This document shows, piece after piece, positions 19,932 to 29,587 of a stretch of 64,000 bases of DNA (position 1 is the first letter of the stretch; each line of letters starts with the position of its first letter). The DNA is from an uncultured SAR86 cluster bacterium (GTDB lineage Bacteria > Pseudomonadota > Gammaproteobacteria > Magnimaribacterales > D2472), in contig CACEZB010000004.1 in NCBI GenBank assembly GCA_902563835.1, positions 342-64,341 on the forward strand, given 5' to 3'. The position numbers were made by a program, and so were the translations under genes. The notes under the pieces are model-generated. The model did no database searches. It was not told where the DNA came from and saw nothing but the letters and a program-made list of their open reading frames with translations.

Positions 19932-20578
19932 TGAAAATATTTTATTTAGAACATTTAAAGCTAAGAAAAAAAACAAGGAATTGGCTTGGGCCTATTTTAG
20001 TTTTTTCACTTATTATGATCGCATACCCATTAACAGTTGAATTTTTACAAACAAACCTTGAGAAGGGCTTTTATTCTTTATTATGGATCTCTATATTATT
20101 ATCTATGATGCTTGCAACTGAAGATATCTTCCTAGAAGATTTCAGCGATGGCACATTAGAGCAAACGATAATATCGAATTCATCATTTCCTTTGTTGATT
20201 GCCAAGAAGATTTTTATATACTGGTTGATGATCGGTGTCCCAATTTCATTTTTAAGTTTTCTTTTTTCTTTAAGTCTAACTCAAGATTTCAACTTAAGTT
20301 TATCAATATTCCCTTTGTCAGTTGTTTCTTCGTATATATTTTTAAATCTTTTTGTATTTGGTAATGCGCTTAGTCTAAATAAAGGTTCTGTTTTAGGTGC
20401 AATCATTACCATGCCATTAGCATTACCAGTTTTAATAATTTTAGGCAAAAGTGTAATTGCTATAGAGTTTGGGATAAATTATGTTGAATTCTTGCTCTTA
20501 TTATTAGGAATCTTATCTATTATAATAACTATAGTACCTTTTATAATATCTTATGTAATTAAAGCTCATTTAGAGTAA
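19931..20578 (+). CDS. ccmB: Heme exporter protein B
   Basis: FLEDFSDGTLEQ, PLALPVLI, six TMs, gene order. Confidence 0.92.
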   Translation: MKIFYLEHLKLRKKTRNWLGPILVFSLIMIAYPLTVEFLQTNLEKGFYSLLWISILLSMMLATEDIFLEDFSDGTLEQTIISNSSFPLLIAKKIFIYWLMIGVPISFLSFLFSLSLTQDFNLSLSIFPLSVVSSYIFLNLFVFGNALSLNKGSVLGAIITMPLALPVLIILGKSVIAIEFGINYVEFLLLLLGILSIIITIVPFIISYVIKAHLE

Positions 20579-20603
20579 AGATTATTCAAGCACACAAGTA
20601 AAA

Positions 20604-21335
20604 GTGATAAAAAGATTTATACATCAATTCGCATCGCCTAAAACTTATTTATTTCAAGTGGATAAGGTATATAGATATATTTTATATATCTCATTAATCA
20701 TTTACTCATTTTCATTGACATGGGGCCTTCTATTTACACCAGAAGATTTTGTTCAAGGAAATTCATATAGAATAATCTATTTACATGTTCCTGCTTCTTT
20801 TATATCGCAATCTCTTTATGCCATCATGGCGATAGCTAGTATTACCTACCTTATATGGAGAGTTAAGCTAGCAGCATATTTTATTATTGCAATTGCACCA
20901 ATTGGTGCCATGACTACTTTCATAGCACTTATTTCAGGATCAATCTGGGGTATTCCAACATGGGGTACATGGTGGCAATGGGATGCAAGGATTACATCAA
21001 CACTGATATTATTTATTATGTATTTAGGACTTATTTCTCTTCATAATTCTTTTAGTAACTACGAAAAGGCAGATAAATTATTGTCATGGTTGGTCATTGT
21101 TGGTTTTGTAAATATACCTATTATTAAAAAATCAGTAGATTGGTGGAGTACATTACATCAGTCTGCTTCGATTACATTAACTGATAAACCATCTATTGAT
21201 CCTTCAATGTTATACCCTTTGATTGGTTGTATAATTGGCTTCTTTGGACTAATTATTTGCTTGGTAATTCTTTCTTCAAAATACCAAATCTTTAAAAGAG
21301 AAAGAAAAAAGTCATGGGTTAAAGAGTATGTTTGA
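20604..21335 (+). CDS. ccmC: Heme exporter protein C
   Basis: IIYLHVP, WGIPTWGTWWQWDAR (WWD motif), SVDWWSTLHQ. Confidence 0.96.
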   Translation: MIKRFIHQFASPKTYLFQVDKVYRYILYISLIIYSFSLTWGLLFTPEDFVQGNSYRIIYLHVPASFISQSLYAIMAIASITYLIWRVKLAAYFIIAIAPIGAMTTFIALISGSIWGIPTWGTWWQWDARITSTLILFIMYLGLISLHNSFSNYEKADKLLSWLVIVGFVNIPIIKKSVDWWSTLHQSASITLTDKPSIDPSMLYPLIGCIIGFFGLIICLVILSSKYQIFKRERKKSWVKEYV

Positions 21336-21495
21336 GTTTGCATTTTCATCTGTTAGAGAGGCTATACACATGAATGGTCATGGTGTATATGTTTGGACTG
21401 TATTTTTAATCGTAATAACTAACATCACGTACTTTTTTATAAGCTATAAAAATAAAATTAATAAAATTAAAAATAAATTAGATGCATCCTCATAG
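21328..21495 (+). CDS. ccmD: Heme exporter protein D (55 aa, below the ORF-track cutoff)
   Basis: Manual translation MFEFAFSSVREAIHMNGHGVYVWTVFLIVITNITYFFISYKNK...; CcmD-type MxGxGxYVW, one TM and a basic tail, between ccmC and ccmE. Confidence 0.88.
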   Translation: MFEFAFSSVREAIHMNGHGVYVWTVFLIVITNITYFFISYKNKINKIKNKLDASS

Positions 21496-21892
21496 AAGAA
21501 AAAGATTATTCAATATTATACTTGTTCTTTTATTTTCAACCTCAGGAATAGGCTTAATATTATATTCTTTAAACAAAAATTTAGATTATTTTTTTACTCC
21601 CACTGAGCTTAAAACCATTAATATTCCAGAAGATAAGAGAATAAAGATTGGCGGAATGGTTTTAGAAAATTCTGTAGTTAGAGAACAATCAAAGGTTATA
21701 TTTACTGTTACAGATTATAAAAACTATATCGAAGTTGTTTATGAGGGTATCGTCCCAGACTTATTTAAAGAGGGTAGCGGCGTAGTTGCATTAGGCTTTA
21801 TGCAAAATGAGACTTTTTATGCACAAGAAGTATTGGCAAAACATGATGAAAATTATATGCCGCCTAATTTAAACATCAATAATGATAATTGA
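21482..21892 (+). CDS. ccmE: Cytochrome c maturation heme chaperone
   Basis: FFTPTE, GIVPDLFKEG, LAKHDENYMPP. Confidence 0.97.
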   Translation: MHPHRRKRLFNIILVLLFSTSGIGLILYSLNKNLDYFFTPTELKTINIPEDKRIKIGGMVLENSVVREQSKVIFTVTDYKNYIEVVYEGIVPDLFKEGSGVVALGFMQNETFYAQEVLAKHDENYMPPNLNINNDN

Positions 21893-23768
21893 GATTTCAC
21901 ATTTCCTATCTATCTTAGCAACAGGCTTATTTCTCCTTGTTGGATTAATATCTTTTATTGCAACTGATACCAAATATATAGCAAACTTAATCAGCAGAAC
22001 TTTTTCCCATGGATTTCTGCTATTACTTATTTCATTTGTTATTTATATATGGTTAGCAATTACAGATAACTTCAGTGTTCAATATATTGCAAATCACTCT
22101 AATACAGAGTTACCAGTTTTTTATAAAATATCTTCTATTTGGAGTGCACATGAAGGGTCAATGTTTCTTTGGATAATATTTATAGGATTATGGGGATTTA
22201 TTTTTAACATCAATATAAAGAATGACGAAGTGTTAAAACCTAAGAGTATTGGCGTTATATCATTAATTTTAGTAGGTTTTTTATTATTTCTACTTTTAAC
22301 CTCTAATCCTTTTGAAATAATATTACCGATTGCACCATTAAATGGTGCTGATATTAATCCGGTTCTTCAAGATCCTGCTTTAGCCATTCACCCTCCAACT
22401 TTATATTTGGGCTATGTTGGCTTTGTTATTCCATTTGCTTGCGCAATCTCATTTTTAATTAATGGAAATCCTGATGTTAGATGGGAAAAGCTAGTTCAAA
22501 AATGGTCAGTATTAGCATGGGTTTTTCTAACAATTGGTATAACTTTAGGTAGCTGGTGGGCATATTATGAGTTAGGTTGGGGAGGGTATTGGTTTTGGGA
22601 TCCCGTTGAAAATGTTGCTTTAATGCCATGGTTAGCTGCTACTGCTTTTCTTCATTCTTTGAGTGTTTCTATAAAATCTTCTCATCTTAGAGTCTGGACA
22701 ATTTTATTATCAATTTCTGTTTTTTCTTTAAGTCTTTTTGGAGCATTTATAGTCAGGTCAGGAATAATTGATAGCGTTCATTCTTTTGCAAATGATCCTG
22801 ATAGAGGCCTATATTTATTAATGTTTATTGGAATAATCTTAATTATTTCTTTATCTCTTTTTATATTAAGATTTTCTATGATTAGACCAATAGGCAATAT
22901 AAAACGTTTTTCAAAAGAGTCATTTATATCAATTAATAATATCTTTTTTGGTTCGTTAATATTCTCGGTGATGCTTGGGGTAACCTATCCACTAGTATAT
23001 GAATACTTATTTGATCAAAAAATAAGTGTTGGGGCCCCTTTTTATAATGCAATATTCATTCCAATAGTATTAATAGCTAGCTTATTTTTGTTCTTTTCAG
23101 TTGACTCTAAATGGTCTCGAAATTTAAATTTTAATTTCTTTAGATCTCCCATAATAGTTTCAATAATTCTTTCAATAGCCTCAGTTATTTTATTGATATA
23201 TTTTTTCCAAACGAATAATTTAACATTCTTGATATCAGTTTATGTTGGATTACTAATAATATTTAGATACTGTATTGAAATATTTAATTCCTTTTATTTT
23301 AAAAAGTTTATTAACCCCTTCAGTGCAATTGCCCATTTGGCACTGGGACTACTTTTATTATCAATATCATTTAATAGCTTGTTAAGTACTGAAAGGGCAT
23401 TAAGCATTAGGCTGGACTCAATAGAAGAATACAAAGATTTAAAAATTTATTTCAAAGATATCAAAGTAGTTAAAAATTCCAATCATGACTCAATAAAAGC
23501 TTTATTTTTTATTGAAAATTCTAGAGGTAATATAGTCGAACTAAGCCCTGAAAAAAGAAGGTATCGCACCAGAGGACAAATTACAACCGAAACAGCAATT
23601 CATATAAGCCCTTTAAGAGATATCTATATAACAATAGGAGACCAACTTGATAACGGTAATTGGGTTGTCAATGTGCAACTTAATTATTTTATTAGATGGA
23701 TATGGTTCTCTGGATGCTTAATGGCGATGGCTGGAATAGTGTTAATATTTTCTAAAAGGAAAGTTTAA
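21882..23768 (+). CDS. ccmF: Heme lyase CcmF
   Basis: HEGS, HPPTLYLGYVG, WAYYELGWGGYWFWDPVEN, SVHSFA. Confidence 0.97.
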   Translation: MIIEISHFLSILATGLFLLVGLISFIATDTKYIANLISRTFSHGFLLLLISFVIYIWLAITDNFSVQYIANHSNTELPVFYKISSIWSAHEGSMFLWIIFIGLWGFIFNINIKNDEVLKPKSIGVISLILVGFLLFLLLTSNPFEIILPIAPLNGADINPVLQDPALAIHPPTLYLGYVGFVIPFACAISFLINGNPDVRWEKLVQKWSVLAWVFLTIGITLGSWWAYYELGWGGYWFWDPVENVALMPWLAATAFLHSLSVSIKSSHLRVWTILLSISVFSLSLFGAFIVRSGIIDSVHSFANDPDRGLYLLMFIGIILIISLSLFILRFSMIRPIGNIKRFSKESFISINNIFFGSLIFSVMLGVTYPLVYEYLFDQKISVGAPFYNAIFIPIVLIASLFLFFSVDSKWSRNLNFNFFRSPIIVSIILSIASVILLIYFFQTNNLTFLISVYVGLLIIFRYCIEIFNSFYFKKFINPFSAIAHLALGLLLLSISFNSLLSTERALSIRLDSIEEYKDLKIYFKDIKVVKNSNHDSIKALFFIENSRGNIVELSPEKRRYRTRGQITTETAIHISPLRDIYITIGDQLDNGNWVVNVQLNYFIRWIWFSGCLMAMAGIVLIFSKRKV

Positions 23769-23771
23769 ATT

Positions 23772-24293
23772 ATGAAATTTTTATTTAAGTCCACAGTCTT
23801 ATTATTACCTTTAGCATTTATAGCAATGTTTTATATCCTTTTGACAGAGGAGGACGCATATCCTGGAACTGATTATAAAACATTTGATGTTCCGAAATTT
23901 CAGCTTGAAAATCTAGAAAATACTAAATTAATTGATAATGATGAAATCAAAGGCAGCTTTATTCTGAATGTATGGGCTAGTTGGTGCATTACTTGTAGAG
24001 TTGAGCACCCATTCTTAATGAATCTTAAAAATCAAGGAATTAAAATAATTGGATTAAATTATAAAGATGAAAGATCCGATGCTATTCAATGGTTGGATAA
24101 ATATGGGAACCCATATGAGATAACAGTTCATGATTTAAAGGGCTCTTTAGCACTCGATCTTGGTGTAACAGGCGCACCTGAAACATTTTTGGTTAGTAAT
24201 GGAAAAGTAGTGGCACATTACCAGGGAGAAGTTAATGATGCTATATGGAGCAATGTATTCTTACCAATCATTAAAGAAAAGGGAATGTTTTAA
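23772..24293 (+). CDS. ccmG: Thiol:disulfide interchange protein CcmG/DsbE
   Basis: NVWASWCITCRVEHP, GVTGAPETF. Confidence 0.94.
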   Translation: MKFLFKSTVLLLPLAFIAMFYILLTEEDAYPGTDYKTFDVPKFQLENLENTKLIDNDEIKGSFILNVWASWCITCRVEHPFLMNLKNQGIKIIGLNYKDERSDAIQWLDKYGNPYEITVHDLKGSLALDLGVTGAPETFLVSNGKVVAHYQGEVNDAIWSNVFLPIIKEKGMF

Positions 24294-24294
24294 A

Positions 24295-24666
24295 ATGAAA
24301 ATGTTTCATATTTTTTTAATCTTAATTTCAGTAAATATTTCATCAGATTCTTTATATGGACTTGAAAATGAAGTAAATGAAACTAGATTTAATAATTTAA
24401 TAAAAGATATAAGATGTCCAAAGTGTACTTCAGGCTCATTATCAAGCTCTAATGCTCCGATATCAGAAGACTTAAAATTAAAAATTGTATCAATGATTCA
24501 GGAAGGTAAAACTGATCAAGAAATAAAGGATTATGTTACATCGAGATTTGGAAAAGAATCATTGTATGAACCAGAATTTAATAATAGTACTTATATTTTA
24601 TGGCTTGCGCCATTTGTAGTTTTATTTCTCGCTTTATTCATTTTTATATTTAGAAAGAAAACGTAA
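24295..24666 (+). CDS. ccmH: Cytochrome c-type biogenesis protein CcmH
   Basis: IRCPKC, SNAPISEDLK, RFG...YEP, C-terminal TM LWLAP. Confidence 0.92.
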   Translation: MKMFHIFLILISVNISSDSLYGLENEVNETRFNNLIKDIRCPKCTSGSLSSSNAPISEDLKLKIVSMIQEGKTDQEIKDYVTSRFGKESLYEPEFNNSTYILWLAPFVVLFLALFIFIFRKKT

Positions 24667-25451
24667 TGCTTCCATTCTATTTGTTAACTTTTTTTGCAGC
24701 TTTACCTATTCTTGCATATGTCCTAGCACAGAAGACCAATAATAAAGGATTGGTTATTGGTTTTACTACAATAGTTCTATCTTTATGTTTGGTAGTATTT
24801 GTTAGTAAATTTGCAATATTGGGAAGTCTTCAAAAACAAATATTAAATAATAAGATTTTTGACCAAATATATGTTGATTCAAAAATTTCAAGTGAGCATT
24901 TAAAAGAAATAGAAACTCTTCTTAATGAGGATGAATTAAAGAATTGGTTAGTTGGACTTACCACCGAAGCAATTAATTTAAATAAGCTAAATTCAGCTGA
25001 AAGTTTAATAACATTCTCTGAAAGGTTTTTTATAACAAACAACGAAAAATTAATATTTTATGGGTTGTATACAAATTTAAGAGATGCAAGATTCCCTGAA
25101 TATAAGGATGTAGTCTTTTCAGTAGATATTAAATCTGACTTACCTTGCTCAATAAAAAGCGGCAATATAGATCTTTTTATAATGAACGGTCCTGACATAC
25201 CAATAGCAAAGAAGGAAATCGATGATATTAAAGACATGATATTAACTAATCTAGATAGTGTGATTCCTGGATTTGATTTGGCATCGGCCCACCTTAACCA
25301 AGAAACAATAGAATTCAATATTAAAATATCTTGTATTGATAATTCTGACTTTTTTTATGTTAAAAATCTCATAGTTTTAAATCAAACTAGTACTGCTAAT
25401 AAATATAAAATTAATTTAAATGAATGGTTAAAAACACCACAAGAGTTATAA
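24666..25451 (+). CDS. Membrane-anchored protein in the CcmI position (divergent)
   Basis: Two N-terminal TMs, helical middle, C-terminal GPDIPIAKK reminiscent of the CcmI C-domain; overlaps the ccmH stop. Confidence 0.5.
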   Translation: MLPFYLLTFFAALPILAYVLAQKTNNKGLVIGFTTIVLSLCLVVFVSKFAILGSLQKQILNNKIFDQIYVDSKISSEHLKEIETLLNEDELKNWLVGLTTEAINLNKLNSAESLITFSERFFITNNEKLIFYGLYTNLRDARFPEYKDVVFSVDIKSDLPCSIKSGNIDLFIMNGPDIPIAKKEIDDIKDMILTNLDSVIPGFDLASAHLNQETIEFNIKISCIDNSDFFYVKNLIVLNQTSTANKYKINLNEWLKTPQEL

Positions 25452-25475
25452 TATATTTAGTAAATAACTCTTAAA

Positions 25476-27674
25476 ATGCAGCTAAAACACATAAAACTAT
25501 CAGGTTTTAAAAGTTTCGTCGATCCAACGAAAATATCATTTCCTACTAATATGGTTGGAGTTGTCGGTCCGAATGGATGCGGAAAATCAAATGTTATAGA
25601 TGCTGTGCGTTGGGTGCTTGGAGAACTTTCAGCAAAAAATCTTCGTGGTGAATCAATGGCAGATGTTATTTTTAATGGCTCTGAAAAAAGAAAACCCTCT
25701 GGACAATGCAGCATTGAACTTCTTTTTGATAATTCTAGCGCCAAAATTGGTGGCGAGTATGCATCTTTTAATGAAGTTTCCATTAAAAGGGTTATGACAA
25801 GAGACGCTCAATCAGATTATTTTATTAATAATACAAAATGCAGGAGAAAAGATGTCCAAGATATTTTTCTTGGTACTGGTTTAGGCCCAAGCTCTTATGC
25901 AATTATCGAACAGGGAATGGTTAGCAAGCTTGTAAGTGCAAAACCAGATGAACTTAGAACCCATATTGAAGAAGCTGCTGGAGTATCCAAATATAGAGAA
26001 AGAAGAAGGGAAACAGAGTCAAGAATTAAACGCACAAAAGAAAATCTCTCAAGAGTAAAAGATATTCGTGATGAAATTGGAAGACTTATTAGAAGATTAG
26101 AAAATCAAGCCAAAGCCGCAGATAAGTACAATCAACTTAAAAAAGATAAAACAAAATTAGAGCTTGATAAAGCTATATTATTTTCGATGGAAGCAAAAAA
26201 TAATCGAGATAAATTACAGAAGAAATTGGATGCGCATAATCGTGACCTGAAAATTAAAAATGCTGAATCAGAAACAATCCAATCGCAAATAGATCAATTT
26301 AGAACTGAAAATGAGTCCCTATTGAGTGAATATGAATTAGCGCAAAAGAATTTCTATGCAGTTGGTGCAGAAATTGCAAAAAGAGAAGCCAATTTACAAA
26401 ATATTAATAAATCAGAATCAGAGACTAAATATAGTCTTCAAAAAGCAAAAGATAATTATGAAAAAGCCAAAGAAACTGAGAAAAATTTTGATGAATTAAG
26501 TCCTAGTGAGAAAGCTATGCATATTCTGGATAGTATCATCCTTACAATAGATAAATTCAATATTAATAATGAAAGTATTAGAGAAAAAGCTATGGAGCTT
26601 AAAAATTTACTTACAGAAATTTTAGATATTGCATCAGCTCAATCTAAAACATTAACTGATGAATATCTTTCTCGTCAAAATGACTTAGAAGAACAAATCG
26701 AGGAAGCAGAAAAACTTAAGAGTTCTATCCAAGATGAAATGAAAGACTTTGTTAGTAAAAGCTCAGATGCAGAGTCAATTCTAGTCGCGCTGAGACAAAA
26801 ACAATCAAAATTTAATGATGAATTAAGAAATCTAGAAAATAAAAAATCTATCGCAGATTTAGACTCTAAATCTATTTCTGAAAAAATAACAAATATTCGT
26901 CTTGAACTTAAAACATATGAAATAAATTTAGATAATTCAAATAAAAAAATTAAGGAAGCTGGTATAGATATTGATACTGTTAATTTTTCAGATTATGAAG
27001 ATACGACATTAGATGAAATCGAAGATAGCTTAACTGCTATAGAGACTAAAATAATTAGATTGGGTGCAATTAACTTAGCTGCACCAGAAGAAATCGCGGA
27101 TGAATCAAAAAGAAAAGAAGAATTAGATGAGCAATACAATGACCTTACAGAAGCATTAGATAAACTTAATGGCGCTATTAAGAAAATTGATAACGAAACA
27201 AAAACAATATTCAAAGATAGTTTTGATGCTGTCAATTTAAAACTTAAAGAGATGTTCCCAAAGTTATTTGGGGGAGGTGTTGCTGAGCTCACCTTAACCG
27301 ATGATGATCCATTGCATGCTGGAGTAGTTTTAATGGCAAGACCTCCAGGAAAAAAGAATTCATCTATTTCACAATTATCTGGTGGAGAAAAAGCTTTAAC
27401 GGCTTTAGCTTTAGTATTTGCTATTTTTGATCTTAATCCAGCACCATTTTGCTTATTAGATGAAGTAGATGCACCTTTAGACGACTTAAACACTCTTCGA
27501 TTTATAAATATGGTTGAAGAAATGTCAAAGTCGATACAATTTATTTTTATTACTCATAATAAAGTTTCTATGGAGCGAAGTGATTATTTAATGGGAGTTA
27601 CAATGCAAGAGGCTGGTGTTTCAAGAATGGTATCCGTTGACGTCAATCAAGCACTCAAACTAGCTGAATCATAA
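25476..27674 (+). CDS. smc: Chromosome segregation protein SMC (shortened, no recognisable hinge)
   Basis: GFKSF, GPNGCGKSN, IIEQG Q-loop, EEAAG, LGAINL, LSGGEK, LDEVDAPLD, ITH; only 732 aa. Confidence 0.93.
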   Translation: MQLKHIKLSGFKSFVDPTKISFPTNMVGVVGPNGCGKSNVIDAVRWVLGELSAKNLRGESMADVIFNGSEKRKPSGQCSIELLFDNSSAKIGGEYASFNEVSIKRVMTRDAQSDYFINNTKCRRKDVQDIFLGTGLGPSSYAIIEQGMVSKLVSAKPDELRTHIEEAAGVSKYRERRRETESRIKRTKENLSRVKDIRDEIGRLIRRLENQAKAADKYNQLKKDKTKLELDKAILFSMEAKNNRDKLQKKLDAHNRDLKIKNAESETIQSQIDQFRTENESLLSEYELAQKNFYAVGAEIAKREANLQNINKSESETKYSLQKAKDNYEKAKETEKNFDELSPSEKAMHILDSIILTIDKFNINNESIREKAMELKNLLTEILDIASAQSKTLTDEYLSRQNDLEEQIEEAEKLKSSIQDEMKDFVSKSSDAESILVALRQKQSKFNDELRNLENKKSIADLDSKSISEKITNIRLELKTYEINLDNSNKKIKEAGIDIDTVNFSDYEDTTLDEIEDSLTAIETKIIRLGAINLAAPEEIADESKRKEELDEQYNDLTEALDKLNGAIKKIDNETKTIFKDSFDAVNLKLKEMFPKLFGGGVAELTLTDDDPLHAGVVLMARPPGKKNSSISQLSGGEKALTALALVFAIFDLNPAPFCLLDEVDAPLDDLNTLRFINMVEEMSKSIQFIFITHNKVSMERSDYLMGVTMQEAGVSRMVSVDVNQALKLAES

Positions 27675-28283
27675 ATGACTACCAATTCAGAAATTTATTT
27701 AATTGGATTAGCAGTATTAACATTTTTAATAATAGTATTTTTGTATATAAGAAAAATTTCGAACTCAAGCAAACTTAAACTTAGGATTGAAGAACAGTCT
27801 GATGCTATTGAATCTCCTGAGGTAGATATCAATAATCAACAATCCTTTGAATATGAGAACAGTAAGGAAGAGCAAGAGTTAGCCATATTAAATTTAATTT
27901 CTGTAGACAGGTCTATGTATGATATAGAACAGATCTTTGGATTTCTTACTAACTATGGTGCAAAAATTAACAACAAATTTTTTTCTTTCAATAATAAAGA
28001 TGGAATGGAAAGATTTAGAGTTATAAATGCACTAAATCCTGGAACTTTTAAAAATGATACAAAGACCTTTGCAATTGCAATTGTTGCAGATCTTATGAAG
28101 GTAGATGATCCATTAGATACAGTAAAACAAATGGTTGAATTTTCTATAAATTTTGCTGATAAATTTCATGCATCCCTTTGCGATGAAGAAAGGACTCCAA
28201 TTACGAAACAGATGATTTCACATATGGAATCCAGGGCTCAAGATGTAGAAAGAATAAAACAACTTTCTAACCATAATGATTAA
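27675..28283 (+). CDS. zipA: Cell division protein ZipA (compact)
   Basis: N-terminal TM plus C-terminal FtsZ-binding-like domain (FRVINALNPGTF, LCDEERTPIT); canonical position after smc. Confidence 0.8.
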   Translation: MTTNSEIYLIGLAVLTFLIIVFLYIRKISNSSKLKLRIEEQSDAIESPEVDINNQQSFEYENSKEEQELAILNLISVDRSMYDIEQIFGFLTNYGAKINNKFFSFNNKDGMERFRVINALNPGTFKNDTKTFAIAIVADLMKVDDPLDTVKQMVEFSINFADKFHASLCDEERTPITKQMISHMESRAQDVERIKQLSNHND

Positions 28284-28300
28284 TAAGGAATGTTAGTTGA

Positions 28301-29587
28301 ATGAATGATCCATGGAAAATTATCAAAGAATTAGAAAGCGATAATAGCCGTTTATTTAAAGAGGGTGTTGTTGAAAATAATTTGAATAATATAGATTTTC
28401 AAGAAGGTCTTTCAATGTGTTTAGATCCACTTATAACCTTTGGAGTAAAACAAGTTCCAGAATCAGAAGAAGATGGAGATGGCTTGAAATGGAATGACTT
28501 CAAGAAAAATGTTTATCTATTAATTGAAAGAAAAAAAACAGGTCATGCAGCTAGAGATTTAATAATTGACTTAATGAGTTCTGCTAAAAAAGATCAATGG
28601 AATAATTGGTATAGAAGAATATTAATAAAAGATCTAAGGTGCGGCGTGAGTGAGAAAACTGTCAATAATGTGGCAAAAAGGATGGATTTAGAATTTAAAG
28701 TTCCAATTTTTTCATGCATGCTTGCCCATGATGGTGCAAAACATCCAAAAAAGATAAAAGGAGATTGTTTAGTTGAATATAAATATGACGGAGTTAGAGT
28801 AATCGCTATAGTTAAGAATGGAAAAGCAACCTTATACAGTCGTAATGGAAAGATATTTCACAATTTCCCCCATATCGAGAATGCTTTAAGTAAATCAGAA
28901 TACAATAATATTGTATTTGATGGAGAAGTTATGAGCGATGATTTCCAAGCTTTAATGAAACAAGTTTATAGAAAATCAGGAGCTCAAACAGATGATGCTT
29001 ATCTTGCTCTTTTTGATATTCTTCCATTGAAAGAATTTAATGAAGGTAAAAGTAAACTTAGTTCAATTGAAAGAAAAGAGGAATTAAATAAATTATCAAA
29101 GAGTTTTGAAAATGCAATTAAATTAGTAGATTATGAAGTAATAAATTTTGATGAAAAGGATGGTCAGGATAAATTTGCAAGCATGAATAAAGAAGCTCTA
29201 GAAAAAGGTTTCGAAGGCTTGATGATCAAACCAAATGATAATTATTATGAATGCAAAAGAAGCCATGCATGGTTAAAAATCAAACCTTTTATTGAGGTTA
29301 CTTTAAAAATTATAGATATTCAGGAGGGTACTGGAAAACATTCCGGTAAGCTGGGCGCATTTCATGTAGAAGGTGATGATGATGGAAAATTCTTTTCATT
29401 AAGCGTTGGAAGTGGTTTAACTGACGAGGAAAGAGAGAAATTTTGGGCATCAAAAGACAAATTAATAGGAAGACTTGTTGAAATTAGAGCAGATGCAATA
29501 ACTCAAAGCATTGAAGGAGAACATTACAGCTTGAGATTCCCTAGATTCAAAAATTTTAGAGGTTTTAAAAAGGATGAAAAAATATAA
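28301..29587 (+). CDS. ATP-dependent DNA ligase (phage/T4-like architecture)
   Basis: Motif I EYKYDGVR, SRNGK, FDGE, FDIL, EGLMIK, KRSHAWLKIKP, VGSG, SLRFPRF; N-terminal domain with KDLRCG; no LigA Zn-finger/HhH/BRCT. Confidence 0.93.
   Translation: MNDPWKIIKELESDNSRLFKEGVVENNLNNIDFQEGLSMCLDPLITFGVKQVPESEEDGDGLKWNDFKKNVYLLIERKKTGHAARDLIIDLMSSAKKDQWNNWYRRILIKDLRCGVSEKTVNNVAKRMDLEFKVPIFSCMLAHDGAKHPKKIKGDCLVEYKYDGVRVIAIVKNGKATLYSRNGKIFHNFPHIENALSKSEYNNIVFDGEVMSDDFQALMKQVYRKSGAQTDDAYLALFDILPLKEFNEGKSKLSSIERKEELNKLSKSFENAIKLVDYEVINFDEKDGQDKFASMNKEALEKGFEGLMIKPNDNYYECKRSHAWLKIKPFIEVTLKIIDIQEGTGKHSGKLGAFHVEGDDDGKFFSLSVGSGLTDEEREKFWASKDKLIGRLVEIRADAITQSIEGEHYSLRFPRFKNFRGFKKDEKI

Noticed and set aside
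25457-27493. Antisense ORFs 25457-25783 and 26993-27493, and similar ones inside the TonB receptors, queD, cytochrome P450 and yrbG-like genes
   Set aside because: Opposite-strand mirrors of well-supported genes with no motifs of their own
25476-29587. SMC plus ligase as a Wadjet/Mks-like defence or NHEJ module
   Set aside because: The head sequence is canonical Smc in smc-zipA context; no jetABD/mks, nuclease or Ku genes
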